Virus record (IMG/VR): IMGVR_UViG_3300021197_001481
Location: 22,817 to 86,816 of that record
Reading direction: 5' to 3' (one strand)
DNA length: 64,000 nt
From: a virus
A program made the position numbers and the translations under genes. The notes below the pieces were generated by a model. It was not told where the DNA came from. It did not search any database and was given only the letters and a program-made list of their open reading frames with translations. Shown piece by piece: positions 40,513-50,332 of the stretch. Numbering within the stretch: the first letter of the stretch is position 1; every line of letters starts with the position of its first letter.

Positions 40513-41312
40513 TGCAAGAAGGTCAAAGATCAAAATCGTTGCTCCGCTACCCCGGCGGAAAGTCATACGCCATTAGTGCGTTGATGCCATACTTCCCGAC
40601 AGACATCACCGAAATGGTTTCTCCGTTCTTCGGGGGAGGTTCTCTTGAATGGGAGTGTGCATCCAGAGGTATCACCGTTCATGGTTATGATATCTTTGAA
40701 CCACTAGTTAACTTCTGGCAACACGTTCTTAATCACAAAGAAAAACTATATGCTCGTATATTAGAGTTTCCTATTCCTCTTCCCAAGGAGGAATTTTATC
40801 GTATCCAAAAAGAATATGATAATCTAGAGAACCGATTAGAGAAGGCAGCACATTTTTATCTTTTAAACAGAACTAGTTTTTCTGGAACAACTTTCTCTGG
40901 AGGAATGTCTCCTTCACAGAAGAACTGGAATCCTAGATGTATAGAAAAGTTAAAGAAATTTTCACTAGGTGGACTTTTTGGATCATCTGGTGACGTGACA
41001 GTCGGTTGCGAAGACTTTAGTGTTTCTATGGAAAAGCATAAAGATATCTTTGCCTACATGGATCCCCCGTATCTTTTAGATAATTCTACTTTATATGGTG
41101 ACCGAGGAAGCACTCATAAAGATTTTGATCATATGCAATTCTATAATAGTGTAAAAGATATGAATGCCAAGTGGGCGGTATCATATAACGACCACCCAGA
41201 ACTACTGGAACTCTACAAAGACTACAATATACACACCCCAACATGGAGATATTCTATGAAATCAAAAGGCGGGTGTAAGGAATCATATGAAATATTGATT
41301 ACCAATTACTGA
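40512..41312 (+). CDS. dam: DNA adenine methyltransferase (Dam/D12 class)
   Basis: LRYPGGKS, SPFFGGGS, DPPY, EILITNY motifs; target site not determinable from sequence alone. Confidence 0.88.
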   Translation: MQEGQRSKSLLRYPGGKSYAISALMPYFPTDITEMVSPFFGGGSLEWECASRGITVHGYDIFEPLVNFWQHVLNHKEKLYARILEFPIPLPKEEFYRIQKEYDNLENRLEKAAHFYLLNRTSFSGTTFSGGMSPSQKNWNPRCIEKLKKFSLGGLFGSSGDVTVGCEDFSVSMEKHKDIFAYMDPPYLLDNSTLYGDRGSTHKDFDHMQFYNSVKDMNAKWAVSYNDHPELLELYKDYNIHTPTWRYSMKSKGGCKESYEILITNY

Positions 41313-41325
41313 TTGAATTAAGGAC

Positions 41326-41354
41326 TTGACAAGAGTCCTCCTTTGAGGTATACT
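41326..41354 (+). promoter_or_regulatory. Strong sigma70-type early promoter
   Basis: TTGACA-17 nt-TATACT, 6 nt before ATG 41361. Confidence 0.8.
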
Positions 41355-41360
41355 ACACCT

Positions 41361-41828
41361 ATGAACATCTTCGTACTTGATAAAAATCCAATTAGAGCAG
41401 CAAAGATGGCGTGTGATAAACATGTCGTAAAAATGATTTTAGAGTCAGCACAGATGCTGTGTTCGGTTCAACCAGAAGGAACCGCTCCCTACAAAAGATC
41501 TTTTTATAACCACCCGTGTACAAAGTGGGTTCGTGAATCTGATGCAAATTATGATTGGTTAATTGAGCATGGACTTGCTTTGTGTCGAGAATATACTTGT
41601 CGATATTTTAAGCACCATAAAAGTGAAAAGGTAATCGAATGGTGTGATGAAAACAGACCTCAACTTCCTTATATTGGACTCACACCACATCCAACGTGTA
41701 TGCCAGATAAGTACAAGGTAGATTGTGCGATTGAGTCGTACAGAAATTATTACAATGGTGAGAAAGCATATTTTGCTAAGTGGAAGAATGTTGATACACC
41801 CACTTGGTTTACAGGAGTATTTCAATGA
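41361..41828 (+). CDS. Pyrimidine-dimer DNA glycosylase/endonuclease V-like protein
   Basis: MNIFVLD..P..AA...CDKHVVKMILESAQML, HPCTKW, EYT.RY...H, YR.YY motifs. Confidence 0.8.
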   Translation: MNIFVLDKNPIRAAKMACDKHVVKMILESAQMLCSVQPEGTAPYKRSFYNHPCTKWVRESDANYDWLIEHGLALCREYTCRYFKHHKSEKVIEWCDENRPQLPYIGLTPHPTCMPDKYKVDCAIESYRNYYNGEKAYFAKWKNVDTPTWFTGVFQ

Positions 41829-42811
41829 AACATGAAACAGTGTTAGTCACAGGTGGTGCAGGGTATATCGGATCACATGCAGTCCATGCCCTACTGGCAT
41901 CGGGCAGAAAAGTTGTTGTTATTGATAAAGATACTAAGGCATGTGAGAATCTAAGAAAAACATTCTCTAGACGAAAGAATAAACCACAAATACACAACTG
42001 TGACATTGATAACGATGTGTGGGTTAATGGTATTCTTGAAAACGAAAAACCATCGGCAGTGATGCACTTCGCCGCAGATATATGTGTTCCTGAATCTGTT
42101 CAGAATCCTTTGAAGTATTATAATAATAATACTGCTAAGACTATTAGTTTTGTAGAAAAACTTATTAGGAATGGAGTTCATCGATTTATTTTCTCTAGCA
42201 CCGCAGCGGTGTATGGGATGCCTCAGAACGCAGACAATATTGTAGAAAAAACCGTGTGTCAACCAATTAATCCGTATGGACAATCCAAACTAATGGTTGA
42301 GCATATTCTGAAGAAAGTTTCAGATTCTATTCCAGCATTTGAATACACTTCTTTTAGATATTTTAATGTCGCAGGATCTCATATTGATGGAAAAGTCACT
42401 GATGTTCGGTGGACGGAAAAACTCAACGTAGTTCCTACCTTTATCTCCCGGATTCTTAGTGGGAGTCAAATTTATGTTTATGGTACAGATTATAATACTC
42501 CAGATGGGACTGCTATTCGAGATTATATTCATCCAGAAGATATTATTTCCGCACACATGATTGCACTTGACGCGGAAGTTACCGGTGTGTATAATCTCGG
42601 ATCTGGTCAGGGATTTTCTGTGTGGAATATGATTGAAAATTTTGTTTCCGTTACAGGAGAAGAGTTAGATGTAATACATAAACCACGGAGAACAGGAGAC
42701 CCCGAAGTCCTAATTGCAAACTCTGACAAGTTTAGAAATATTACAGGTTGGGAACCAAAATATACCCTAAAGGAAATGGTTGCCACTGCATGGAAGGCGT
42801 ATGGTAGATGA
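41825..42811 (+). CDS. galE: UDP-glucose 4-epimerase
   Basis: VTGGAGYIGSH, HFAA...VPES..NPLKYY.NN, SSTAAVYG, NPYGQSK, RYFNVAG, DGTAIRDYIH. Confidence 0.92.
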   Translation: MKHETVLVTGGAGYIGSHAVHALLASGRKVVVIDKDTKACENLRKTFSRRKNKPQIHNCDIDNDVWVNGILENEKPSAVMHFAADICVPESVQNPLKYYNNNTAKTISFVEKLIRNGVHRFIFSSTAAVYGMPQNADNIVEKTVCQPINPYGQSKLMVEHILKKVSDSIPAFEYTSFRYFNVAGSHIDGKVTDVRWTEKLNVVPTFISRILSGSQIYVYGTDYNTPDGTAIRDYIHPEDIISAHMIALDAEVTGVYNLGSGQGFSVWNMIENFVSVTGEELDVIHKPRRTGDPEVLIANSDKFRNITGWEPKYTLKEMVATAWKAYGR

Positions 42812-43911
42812 AAATGAAACGTGATTATATTAAAAAGGCGTATGGTTCAGAACCAGAATGGGATAAAGATATTCCACTAGAAGAGGTTGATGCAGGAGAT
42901 GTTCTATCTTCAATCAACTGGTATGTCACTACATCAGATAAGAGAAACTATAAAAAGTGGACTCTTGAGTGGATGAAGGACAAGAGAAGTTCTTGGACAG
43001 ATGAAGATATTGATTTTGCAAAAAGATCTTCTCTAAAAGAATTTAGATCATACGGTCACTACTGTAGGATGCTTTCCCGTGGATTTCCGCATATCAACCA
43101 ACTCACGGATGTGGTTGAAACTTATATTACTAAACTGATTGGTCTTGGTAAGTCTAAGAAGGCATCTCGTTCTGAAAAGGTTGTAATCTCTCCACAAGAG
43201 AGAATGAAAAATCAAGTCACTGAACTTGCAGGAGAGATGATGGGTCTATGTGATTCGGTCAATGAATCTCTCATGAACAAGACGGATGACCACAAGAAAA
43301 TTAACATCTACAAGTGGTTAAGTCAAAATAATGTTGGTTATCGCCAAGCAGAAATGCTTTCTTTGGTGTTCGCTCCTGCACTAGCAGAACTGGATGAACT
43401 TCTGAAAGGCAAAGACGAGCAACTGATGGAGGGTTATTCTTACCTTGGAAAAAGACAACAGAAACAACTTTATAAGTTCATGGATGGTCTTGTTTCTGAC
43501 TGTATGAGATATCATGCAGATAACAAGACAACCCGGAAGAAGAGAAAAATCGATCCAACGAAGGTTGTTTCTAAAGTACAATATGAAAAGTCGTCAAAAG
43601 AGTTTGGAATCAAAAGTATCGATCCTGTCGATATATTAGATTCTTCAAAAGTCGCAGTTTATAGTACCAAGTACAACACTTTGAGTGTATACTATGCATG
43701 TGTAGGACAGACCCTCTCAATCAAGGGAACTACCATTCAAAACTTTGATTCAGAAAAGTCTGTATCTCGAACGATTAAGAAACCAAAGGATCTTATTAAA
43801 ACAATTAAGAACCAGAGTACACTTGATAAGGTTTGGAACTCTCAGCATAGTATGATCAAGAGTCCAAACGGAAGACTAAACGCAAACACAGTAATTTTGA
43901 AAGTTTTTTAA
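42808..43911 (+). CDS. Conserved T4-like hypothetical protein
   Basis: Basic 367-aa ORF; EQLMEGYS, IKGTTIQNFD, NGRLN...ILK motifs recalled from marine T4-like phages. Confidence 0.6.
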   Translation: MKMKRDYIKKAYGSEPEWDKDIPLEEVDAGDVLSSINWYVTTSDKRNYKKWTLEWMKDKRSSWTDEDIDFAKRSSLKEFRSYGHYCRMLSRGFPHINQLTDVVETYITKLIGLGKSKKASRSEKVVISPQERMKNQVTELAGEMMGLCDSVNESLMNKTDDHKKINIYKWLSQNNVGYRQAEMLSLVFAPALAELDELLKGKDEQLMEGYSYLGKRQQKQLYKFMDGLVSDCMRYHADNKTTRKKRKIDPTKVVSKVQYEKSSKEFGIKSIDPVDILDSSKVAVYSTKYNTLSVYYACVGQTLSIKGTTIQNFDSEKSVSRTIKKPKDLIKTIKNQSTLDKVWNSQHSMIKSPNGRLNANTVILKVF

Positions 43912-44790
43912 ATGATTCTCCTCGATACGAACCAGTTGTTTCTCGCCTCCTATTTTGTACACCGAAAACTCCACGAAGAACTAGATGAACATATGCTCAG
44001 GCATTTGTTTATGAACACTATTCGTATGTACCGAAAACAATTCAAAGATGAGTACGGAGAAGTAGTTCTCTGTCTTGAGTCTTCTGATTGTTGGAGGAAA
44101 GAAGTTTTTCCAAACTACAAAGCAAATAGAAAGAAGAAAGTCAAGGATGATTCTCATGACTGGAATCAAGTCTTCGGGTTGTTTGAACAATATCTTTCTG
44201 AGATCAGTGAAGTGTTTCCTTACATGCAACTTCGCGTACCACACACAGAAGCAGATGATATTATTGCCGTAGTGTGTCAGCAGTTCCATTGTGATGAAAA
44301 GATTATGATCTTGTCTAATGATAAGGACTTTATGCAACTGCAAAGATATCCTTCAATTAAACAATATAGTCCTATCAAGAAGGAATTGCTTGAGTGTAGG
44401 AATCCTAAAGATTTTCTACTAGAACATATTCTAAAGGGAGATACCTCGGATGGTATTCCTAATATTCTATCTGATGGAGATACGTTTATTGTCGATGGCA
44501 AAAGACAGAAACCAGTTGGAAAGAAGCGAATGATGCAAATGATTTCTGATGGTAAACTCTCACAAATGGAAAATTGGAAACGTAACCAAACACTGGTTGA
44601 CTTTACTTGTATTCCTGATACAATACGAGATGAAATCATTAGGACATATAAGAATGAAAAAAGTATTCGAGAAAATCAAAGACAAGAAATCAAGATCCGT
44701 CCGGGACAGGGACTGTTTAGTAATGCATCAAATTTCCTCTTGGAGAAGAAGTTGAATAATTTACTAGATCTGGCAGGCGATTTTGTATGA
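43912..44790 (+). CDS. rnh: T4-type RNase H (5'-3' exonuclease)
   Basis: MILLD, WRKEVFPNYKANR, EADDII, SNDKDFMQL, GDTSDGIPN motifs. Confidence 0.93.
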   Translation: MILLDTNQLFLASYFVHRKLHEELDEHMLRHLFMNTIRMYRKQFKDEYGEVVLCLESSDCWRKEVFPNYKANRKKKVKDDSHDWNQVFGLFEQYLSEISEVFPYMQLRVPHTEADDIIAVVCQQFHCDEKIMILSNDKDFMQLQRYPSIKQYSPIKKELLECRNPKDFLLEHILKGDTSDGIPNILSDGDTFIVDGKRQKPVGKKRMMQMISDGKLSQMENWKRNQTLVDFTCIPDTIRDEIIRTYKNEKSIRENQRQEIKIRPGQGLFSNASNFLLEKKLNNLLDLAGDFV

Positions 44791-44987
44791 AAAAGAAGAA
44801 GAAGGATCGTCCCCGTGAAGGTGAAGGTCGTTTCGATGACCACGACTATCATGGATATTACAAGTCCGCAAGAAAAAGTGAAAAGCGGAATCGAAGGCAT
44901 AACGCAAAGAACAATGTCCGAGACATTGCCAAAGGGGGAATGACCCCCGAGGAATATGAGGATTACTACAATCATGACAACAACTGA
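44787..44987 (+). CDS. Small basic hypothetical protein
   Basis: 66-aa ORF, ATGA-coupled to rnh. Confidence 0.5.
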   Translation: MKKKKKDRPREGEGRFDDHDYHGYYKSARKSEKRNRRHNAKNNVRDIAKGGMTPEEYEDYYNHDNN

Positions 44988-45675
44988 AACGACAACTAAA
45001 ATGAAACTATCAAAACAATCAATCGACATTCTAAAAAACTTCAATGGAGTAAATGCAAATCTCCATATCGTTCCCGGTAGGGATCAGGTTACTGTTTCTC
45101 CCATGAAGAACATCATGGTCGAAGCAACATTCGAGGAAGATTTTCCCTCCGAGTTTGCTATCTGGGATCTGAGTAAGTTCCTCGGAACAATTTCTTTGTT
45201 CGAGGATCCTGAACTAGAATTCCACGACAAGCATGTAACCATCTCTAGTGGTTCTACTGACGTTGTGTATCACTATGCAGAACCGAAACTCGTTAAGGGT
45301 TGTAGACCCGACCGAGAATTTAATATGCCAGAAACCGTTGTTCACTTCGATCTCTCAAACAGAGAATTTATTGAACTTCAACGTGCGTCTGCTGTTCTCC
45401 GTCTTCCCGATCTTTGTATTACGGATAATGATGGATCTATTGATCTCATCTCGATGGACAAGAATGATGTAACTAGTAACCGTTACTCTATCACCGTTTC
45501 AGAAGAAGCACCTGATGCTTCTTTCAAGATGTATCTTAAGAGTGAATATCTTAAGTTGCTCCCCGGTGATTACTCGGTCGCTATTTCGGATAAGGTTGTG
45601 AGTCGTTTCACAAATAACGATATCAATCTTACTTATTACATTGCTCTTGACTCGGACTCCGTATACAATGGTTGA
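44974..45675 (+). CDS. gp45: Sliding clamp gp45
   Basis: MKLSK...ILKNF..VN, FAIWDL..FL, LKLLPGDY, YYIAL motifs; start is 44974 or 45001. Confidence 0.92.
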   Translation: MTTTETTTKMKLSKQSIDILKNFNGVNANLHIVPGRDQVTVSPMKNIMVEATFEEDFPSEFAIWDLSKFLGTISLFEDPELEFHDKHVTISSGSTDVVYHYAEPKLVKGCRPDREFNMPETVVHFDLSNREFIELQRASAVLRLPDLCITDNDGSIDLISMDKNDVTSNRYSITVSEEAPDASFKMYLKSEYLKLLPGDYSVAISDKVVSRFTNNDINLTYYIALDSDSVYNG

Positions 45676-46618
45676 AACTATGACAGAAGAATTTTTGTGG
45701 GTTGAAAAGTATCGCCCCCAGACAATTGAAGATTGCGTTCTACCTGAAGAACTAAAAAAGTCCTTCATGGAAATCGTCGAGAGTGGGGAGATGCAGAATC
45801 TCCTCCTCTCTGGCGGTCCCGGTTGTGGCAAGACTACCGTTGCACGGGCATTGTGTGATGAACTAGATTGTGATCATATCGTAATCAACTGTTCAGAAGA
45901 TGGGAACATTGATACACTTCGCACGAAGATCCGAAACTTTGCTAGTACGATTTCTCTATCTGAACGGAAGAAGGTTGTGATCCTAGATGAGTTCGATTAT
46001 TCAAACGCTCAGTCTACACAACCAGCACTTCGTGGTTTTATCGAAGAGTTCTCAAAGAACTGTCGGTTTGTTCTGACATGTAATTACAAGAACAGGATTA
46101 TCGAACCACTTCATTCACGATGCACATGTATCGACTTCCGTTTTGGTGCAAACGAAAAGAAGCAGTTGATGCCTTCTTTCTTAAATCGCATTGAGTTTAT
46201 TCTAAATGCAGAAGGCGTTGGTTATGACCAGCGAGTTATTGCCAAGTTGATCACTCGCTATGCTCCAGACTGGAGACGTATTATCAATGAGTGTCAACGC
46301 TATGCAGTCGGGGGCGATATTGATGTGGGTGTTCTCTCCGAGTCGGGCGATGTTAAGGTCGTAGAATTGATGAAGTATCTTAAAGACAAGGATTTCACCA
46401 GCGTCCGTAAGTGGGTCTCTACCAATATCCACAATGACCAGAGTCTAATCTTCCGGAAGATCTATGACTGTCTTTATGAAAAGATGCAACCGCAGTCTAT
46501 TCCGAGTGCAGTTCTGATTCTTGCAGATTACCAATACAAGGCAGCGTTTGTTGCTGATGCCGAGATTAATCTCACCGCATGTCTTACTAATATCATGATG
46601 GAATGTGATCTGAAATGA
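45668..46618 (+). CDS. gp44: Clamp loader large subunit gp44
   Basis: LWVEKYRP, GPGCGKT, ILDEFD, LRGFIEEF, LHSRC motifs. Confidence 0.96.
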   Translation: MVETMTEEFLWVEKYRPQTIEDCVLPEELKKSFMEIVESGEMQNLLLSGGPGCGKTTVARALCDELDCDHIVINCSEDGNIDTLRTKIRNFASTISLSERKKVVILDEFDYSNAQSTQPALRGFIEEFSKNCRFVLTCNYKNRIIEPLHSRCTCIDFRFGANEKKQLMPSFLNRIEFILNAEGVGYDQRVIAKLITRYAPDWRRIINECQRYAVGGDIDVGVLSESGDVKVVELMKYLKDKDFTSVRKWVSTNIHNDQSLIFRKIYDCLYEKMQPQSIPSAVLILADYQYKAAFVADAEINLTACLTNIMMECDLK

Positions 46619-47244
46619 CCTATTCGCAATTTGGACAAGATGATAAGATTTTAGAAATATTTGATGGTATTACAGATGGATATTTTTTGGATGTGGGCGC
46701 ACATTCAAGTGGAGAGGATACTCTTTTATTGGAAGAACTGGGGTGGTCTGGAATTTGTATTGAACCATTGGATAAGGAATTTTCTACACTAGTAAGTAAA
46801 CGAAAATGTATTTGTAAGAATATATGTATTGGTGATAAGAACGGAGAAGTTGATTTTCTCATGAATGAAGGATATACTTCTGCACTAAGCGGTGTACTAG
46901 AGTATTATTGTGATGCCCATAAACAAAGAATACAAACCGAGAAGAATAGTATGGGAGGACAAAGTTTTCTTATTAAAAGAGAGATGAAAACACTAACAAC
47001 TCTTTTAGATGAAGAAAACGCCCCGTCACATATTGAAGTGTTGAAGATAGATGCTGAAGGTGGAGAATTTTCAATTCTCTCTGGTATTGACTTCTCAAAG
47101 TATACATTCGACTTAATTACTATCGAAGGAAATTATCAAGAAGAAGTTGATCGGTGTGTTTCTCTTCTCTCCGAGAATGGGTATTCGTTTTTAAAGTTTG
47201 TTGGAATAGATATATTTTTCGGGAGAACCAATGAATCTGAGTGA
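46615..47244 (+). CDS. FkbM-family SAM-dependent methyltransferase
   Basis: YSQFGQD, FLDVGA, GWSGICIEP, LKIDAEGGE motifs. Confidence 0.9.
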   Translation: MTYSQFGQDDKILEIFDGITDGYFLDVGAHSSGEDTLLLEELGWSGICIEPLDKEFSTLVSKRKCICKNICIGDKNGEVDFLMNEGYTSALSGVLEYYCDAHKQRIQTEKNSMGGQSFLIKREMKTLTTLLDEENAPSHIEVLKIDAEGGEFSILSGIDFSKYTFDLITIEGNYQEEVDRCVSLLSENGYSFLKFVGIDIFFGRTNESE

Positions 47245-47608
47245 AGTTCTTAATTCAGTCAACTACAACAAAGAGGATATATTCCAAGATCTGCCCGATG
47301 TGACAGAGAAGGAATATGTTCCCTTTGTTGTTAACAAGTGTTTGTCGTATTTTCCTGACACGATTATACAGGCAAACAACATGAATATGCATCATGGAAT
47401 TGATCCTAAGATGCAGTATCATTATCTGAAAAATTCAATCAGGAAGAGGAAAAGATTCTCTAAGTGGAATAAAGCGACTACTCCAGAGAGTCTGGAACTT
47501 GTCAAGAAGCACTATGGATATTCTAACCAGAAAGCAGAGGAGGCACTTAGAATCCTCACTCACAAGCAGTTAGAACACCTTGAAAACCTACATAAAGGAG
47601 AATCGTAA
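47231..47608 (+). CDS. gp62: Clamp loader small subunit gp62
   Basis: Y.PFVVNKCLSYF.D, RKRKRFSKW, YGYS..KA..AL.IL motifs. Confidence 0.92.
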   Translation: MNLSEVLNSVNYNKEDIFQDLPDVTEKEYVPFVVNKCLSYFPDTIIQANNMNMHHGIDPKMQYHYLKNSIRKRKRFSKWNKATTPESLELVKKHYGYSNQKAEEALRILTHKQLEHLENLHKGES

Positions 47609-47635
47609 TGATTTAATTTCAATAAGGTGAAAAAC

Positions 47636-48040
47636 ATGGATGAGAAAATAGAAGTTGAAGATCTCATCGAAGTGACTTTGAACTCCGATGAAGACTTCTT
47701 AAAGGTGAAAGAGACACTAACAAGAATTGGTGTTGCTTCACGAAAAGACAAAAAGTTGTATCAGTCTTGTCATATTCTCCACAAACGAGGAAAGTATTAT
47801 ATTGTACATTTCAAAGAATTGTTTTCTCTTGATGGTCTGAGATCAGATTTTTCCGAAGAAGACGAAGGAAGAAGAAATGCAATTGTTGGGTTACTTGGTG
47901 AATGGGGACTGGTCAATATAGTTGATGTGAATAAATGTTCCGAACCGATGACCCCAATAAGTAAAATTAAGATTATCAAATATTCCGAAAGGAATGATTG
48001 GGAATTGTGTCCTAAATATCATATAGGAAAGTCGAGATAA
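47636..48040 (+). CDS. regA: Translational repressor RegA
   Basis: DFLKVKETLTRIGVASRK..KLYQSCHILHK.G.YYIVHFKELF. Confidence 0.96.
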   Translation: MDEKIEVEDLIEVTLNSDEDFLKVKETLTRIGVASRKDKKLYQSCHILHKRGKYYIVHFKELFSLDGLRSDFSEEDEGRRNAIVGLLGEWGLVNIVDVNKCSEPMTPISKIKIIKYSERNDWELCPKYHIGKSR

Positions 48041-48047
48041 GTTCGCT

Positions 48048-48710
48048 ATGAAAATTGATCTTTGTAATGTTCCAGTGAGGTGGATTAATGTTGATACCGC
48101 CACCGAAAATGCTAAATTAATGGAAGAGTTGTTCGAGCGACTAAGTATGAAAAATACTAGTCGCTTTTCTGCAATCACGAATGTCGATCCCCATGAGGGA
48201 GTTCGTCCCGGAGAAGAACACTATAGGAATTGTGCGGAGTCACATTTTGCTATTCTCCAAGAAGCAATCGATAATAAATCTTTTCCTGTTTTGATTCTCG
48301 AAGATGACGTAGATATTGAAGAGTCTGTCTTTACTACGAACCTAGACAATATTCCAGATGATGCTGATGCTATTTACATGGGAACTTCTCATGGAGACAA
48401 TAGGTATTCTGCTAAGGATGTCGGTGGTGGGTGGATGAAAATTGAAAGAGTATTTGCCACACATTCTATCATGTGGTTGAATGAAAAGATGGCAAAGGAA
48501 GTAATTGAAACAGGGAAGAGGTGGATCTATGAGAGGAACCATCCATTTGATGTGGGTATTGCATATGAACTACAACCAAAGTTCAACGTATACGCACCAC
48601 ATGTTCCTTTCTTTTTTCAAGCAGACGCGAAGAATAACAAAAACAAATGGGAGTCACTTACAAGAACTCCTCTTAGGAGAGAGAAGAAATTCTCGGTATT
48701 TTCAATATGA
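48048..48710 (+). CDS. Glycosyltransferase, GT25/GT2-like
   Basis: WINVD, RFSA, C..SH, LILEDD, ATHS motifs. Confidence 0.7.
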   Translation: MKIDLCNVPVRWINVDTATENAKLMEELFERLSMKNTSRFSAITNVDPHEGVRPGEEHYRNCAESHFAILQEAIDNKSFPVLILEDDVDIEESVFTTNLDNIPDDADAIYMGTSHGDNRYSAKDVGGGWMKIERVFATHSIMWLNEKMAKEVIETGKRWIYERNHPFDVGIAYELQPKFNVYAPHVPFFFQADAKNNKNKWESLTRTPLRREKKFSVFSI

Positions 48711-49504
48711 AAACAATAAGTTTTAATTTACTGGGTGACTATGGTCGCTTGGGAAACTCAATGTTTCAATGTGCTGCTGTGATAGGATCTGCGAAACATT
48801 CGGGACATGAACCAGTTTGTAATATTTCTAATATACCTCTTATTAAAGAGTGTTTTGAACTTGAATATATACGAGATGGAATAACTGATCCTGATTTTTT
48901 TGTATATGAAGATGATGATGGTACATACGTCAATGAGGCAGAAGACTTTCCACCACAATACAGCATTGATCTCCGGGGTTATTTCCAAACAGAAAAATAT
49001 TTCAGAAATGCTAAGAATGAGGTTCGAGAAAATTTTAGTTTTAAACAACACATTAGGGATATTGCTATCAATAAAATTCCAGAAGATGTTTGTGTTTCTG
49101 TACATGTACGCCGTGGTGACTATGTTGTATTGGGCAGTTATCATCCTACACAACCTGTCGAATATTATCGAGAAGCACTATCTTTATTTCCAAATCATCG
49201 TCCTGTATTTTTCTCTGACGATATTGCTTGGTGTAAAGAAAACTTTTCGGATATACCCGGAGCAATCTTTACAGAAAATGAAAATACATTAAATCTCAGT
49301 GCTGCGTTGAATTCTGATATCTCTGGTTATGTTGATATGTGTGCAATGTCTTTTTGTAATGATCATATTATTGCCAACAGTAGTTTTAGTTGGTGGGGTG
49401 CTTGGTTGGGACAGGGTAATGTTGTCGCACCAAAAAACTGGTTTGGTCCTGCAATTAGTAAAAATCCTAATGATATTTGCCCTGACCACTGGACTTTGAT
49501 ATAA
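48707..49504 (+). CDS. GT11 alpha-1,2-fucosyl/colitosyltransferase
   Basis: GRLGN.MFQ, GYFQTEKYF, HVRRGDY, FSDDI.WC, IANSSFSWWGAWL. Confidence 0.93.
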   Translation: MKTISFNLLGDYGRLGNSMFQCAAVIGSAKHSGHEPVCNISNIPLIKECFELEYIRDGITDPDFFVYEDDDGTYVNEAEDFPPQYSIDLRGYFQTEKYFRNAKNEVRENFSFKQHIRDIAINKIPEDVCVSVHVRRGDYVVLGSYHPTQPVEYYREALSLFPNHRPVFFSDDIAWCKENFSDIPGAIFTENENTLNLSAALNSDISGYVDMCAMSFCNDHIIANSSFSWWGAWLGQGNVVAPKNWFGPAISKNPNDICPDHWTLI

Positions 49505-49509
49505 AGAAG

Positions 49510-49538
49510 TTGACAGGTAATACATTATGTGGTATACT
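49510..49538 (+). promoter_or_regulatory. Strong sigma70-type promoter inside the glycan island
   Basis: TTGACA-17 nt-TATACT with TGn extension, 8 nt before ATG 49547. Confidence 0.8.
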
Positions 49539-49546
49539 TATAAACT

Positions 49547-50332
49547 ATGACGATACTCAGTTTTAACAATACAGGACAAAACAGTCTTGGGTGGAGACTT
49601 GGAAATCAGATGTTCCAGTATGCAAGTCTTCTCGGTATTGCAACAAAGAATGAATTGACTCCCTACTTTAATATTACAGACACATATTTGGGTGACTGTT
49701 TTAAACTTGGTGGTGTGGTTAACAAAGTTCAAGAAGAAGAACATTATAATATTTTTGATGGTAATCCCTACTTCAACCCCGGACTATTTAATTTAGACAA
49801 CAATTTAAACTTTGATTTAAATGGATATCTTCAAACAGAAAAGTATTTCTCACACTGCGAAACACAGGTTAAAAAAGAGTTTCAGTTTAAAGATGACATA
49901 GAGGATCGAGCAAAAAAGTTTCTACCAGAAGGTCAACTCGTATCCTTACATGTGAGACGAGGGGACTACCTAAACAAACCAGACTATCATACAAACTTAC
50001 AAATTGCATATTATGAAAGTGCAATGGAAAAGTTTAAAGACCATAGTCCTATTATATTTTCTGATGATATTGATTGGTGTAGAGAAAATTTATCTCACAT
50101 ATCAAAAGAAGTGCATTTTTCGGACAACCCACCTGAAGATGGAAACACTGGTGTATATGATGATCTTTGTATGATGACCATGTGTGATGGACATATTATT
50201 GCTAATAGCAGTTTTAGTTGGTGGGGTGCTTATCTTGGAGGTGGGACTACTGTTGCTCCTGTACATTGGAATGGTCCTGATGCTCCTCAGAATTTTCAAG
50301 ATATCTATCTTAAGGAGTGGATTCTTTTATGA
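49547..50332 (+). CDS. Second GT11 alpha-1,2-fucosyl/colitosyltransferase
   Basis: RLGNQMFQYA, GYLQTEKYF, HVRRGDY, IANSSFSWWGAYL. Confidence 0.93.
   Translation: MTILSFNNTGQNSLGWRLGNQMFQYASLLGIATKNELTPYFNITDTYLGDCFKLGGVVNKVQEEEHYNIFDGNPYFNPGLFNLDNNLNFDLNGYLQTEKYFSHCETQVKKEFQFKDDIEDRAKKFLPEGQLVSLHVRRGDYLNKPDYHTNLQIAYYESAMEKFKDHSPIIFSDDIDWCRENLSHISKEVHFSDNPPEDGNTGVYDDLCMMTMCDGHIIANSSFSWWGAYLGGGTTVAPVHWNGPDAPQNFQDIYLKEWILL

Noticed and set aside
40512-41312. Dam methylase as part of a phage restriction-modification pair explaining RGCY avoidance
   Set aside because: It is an adenine MTase with no adjacent endonuclease, and GGCC contains no adenine; orphan dam genes are common in T4-like phages
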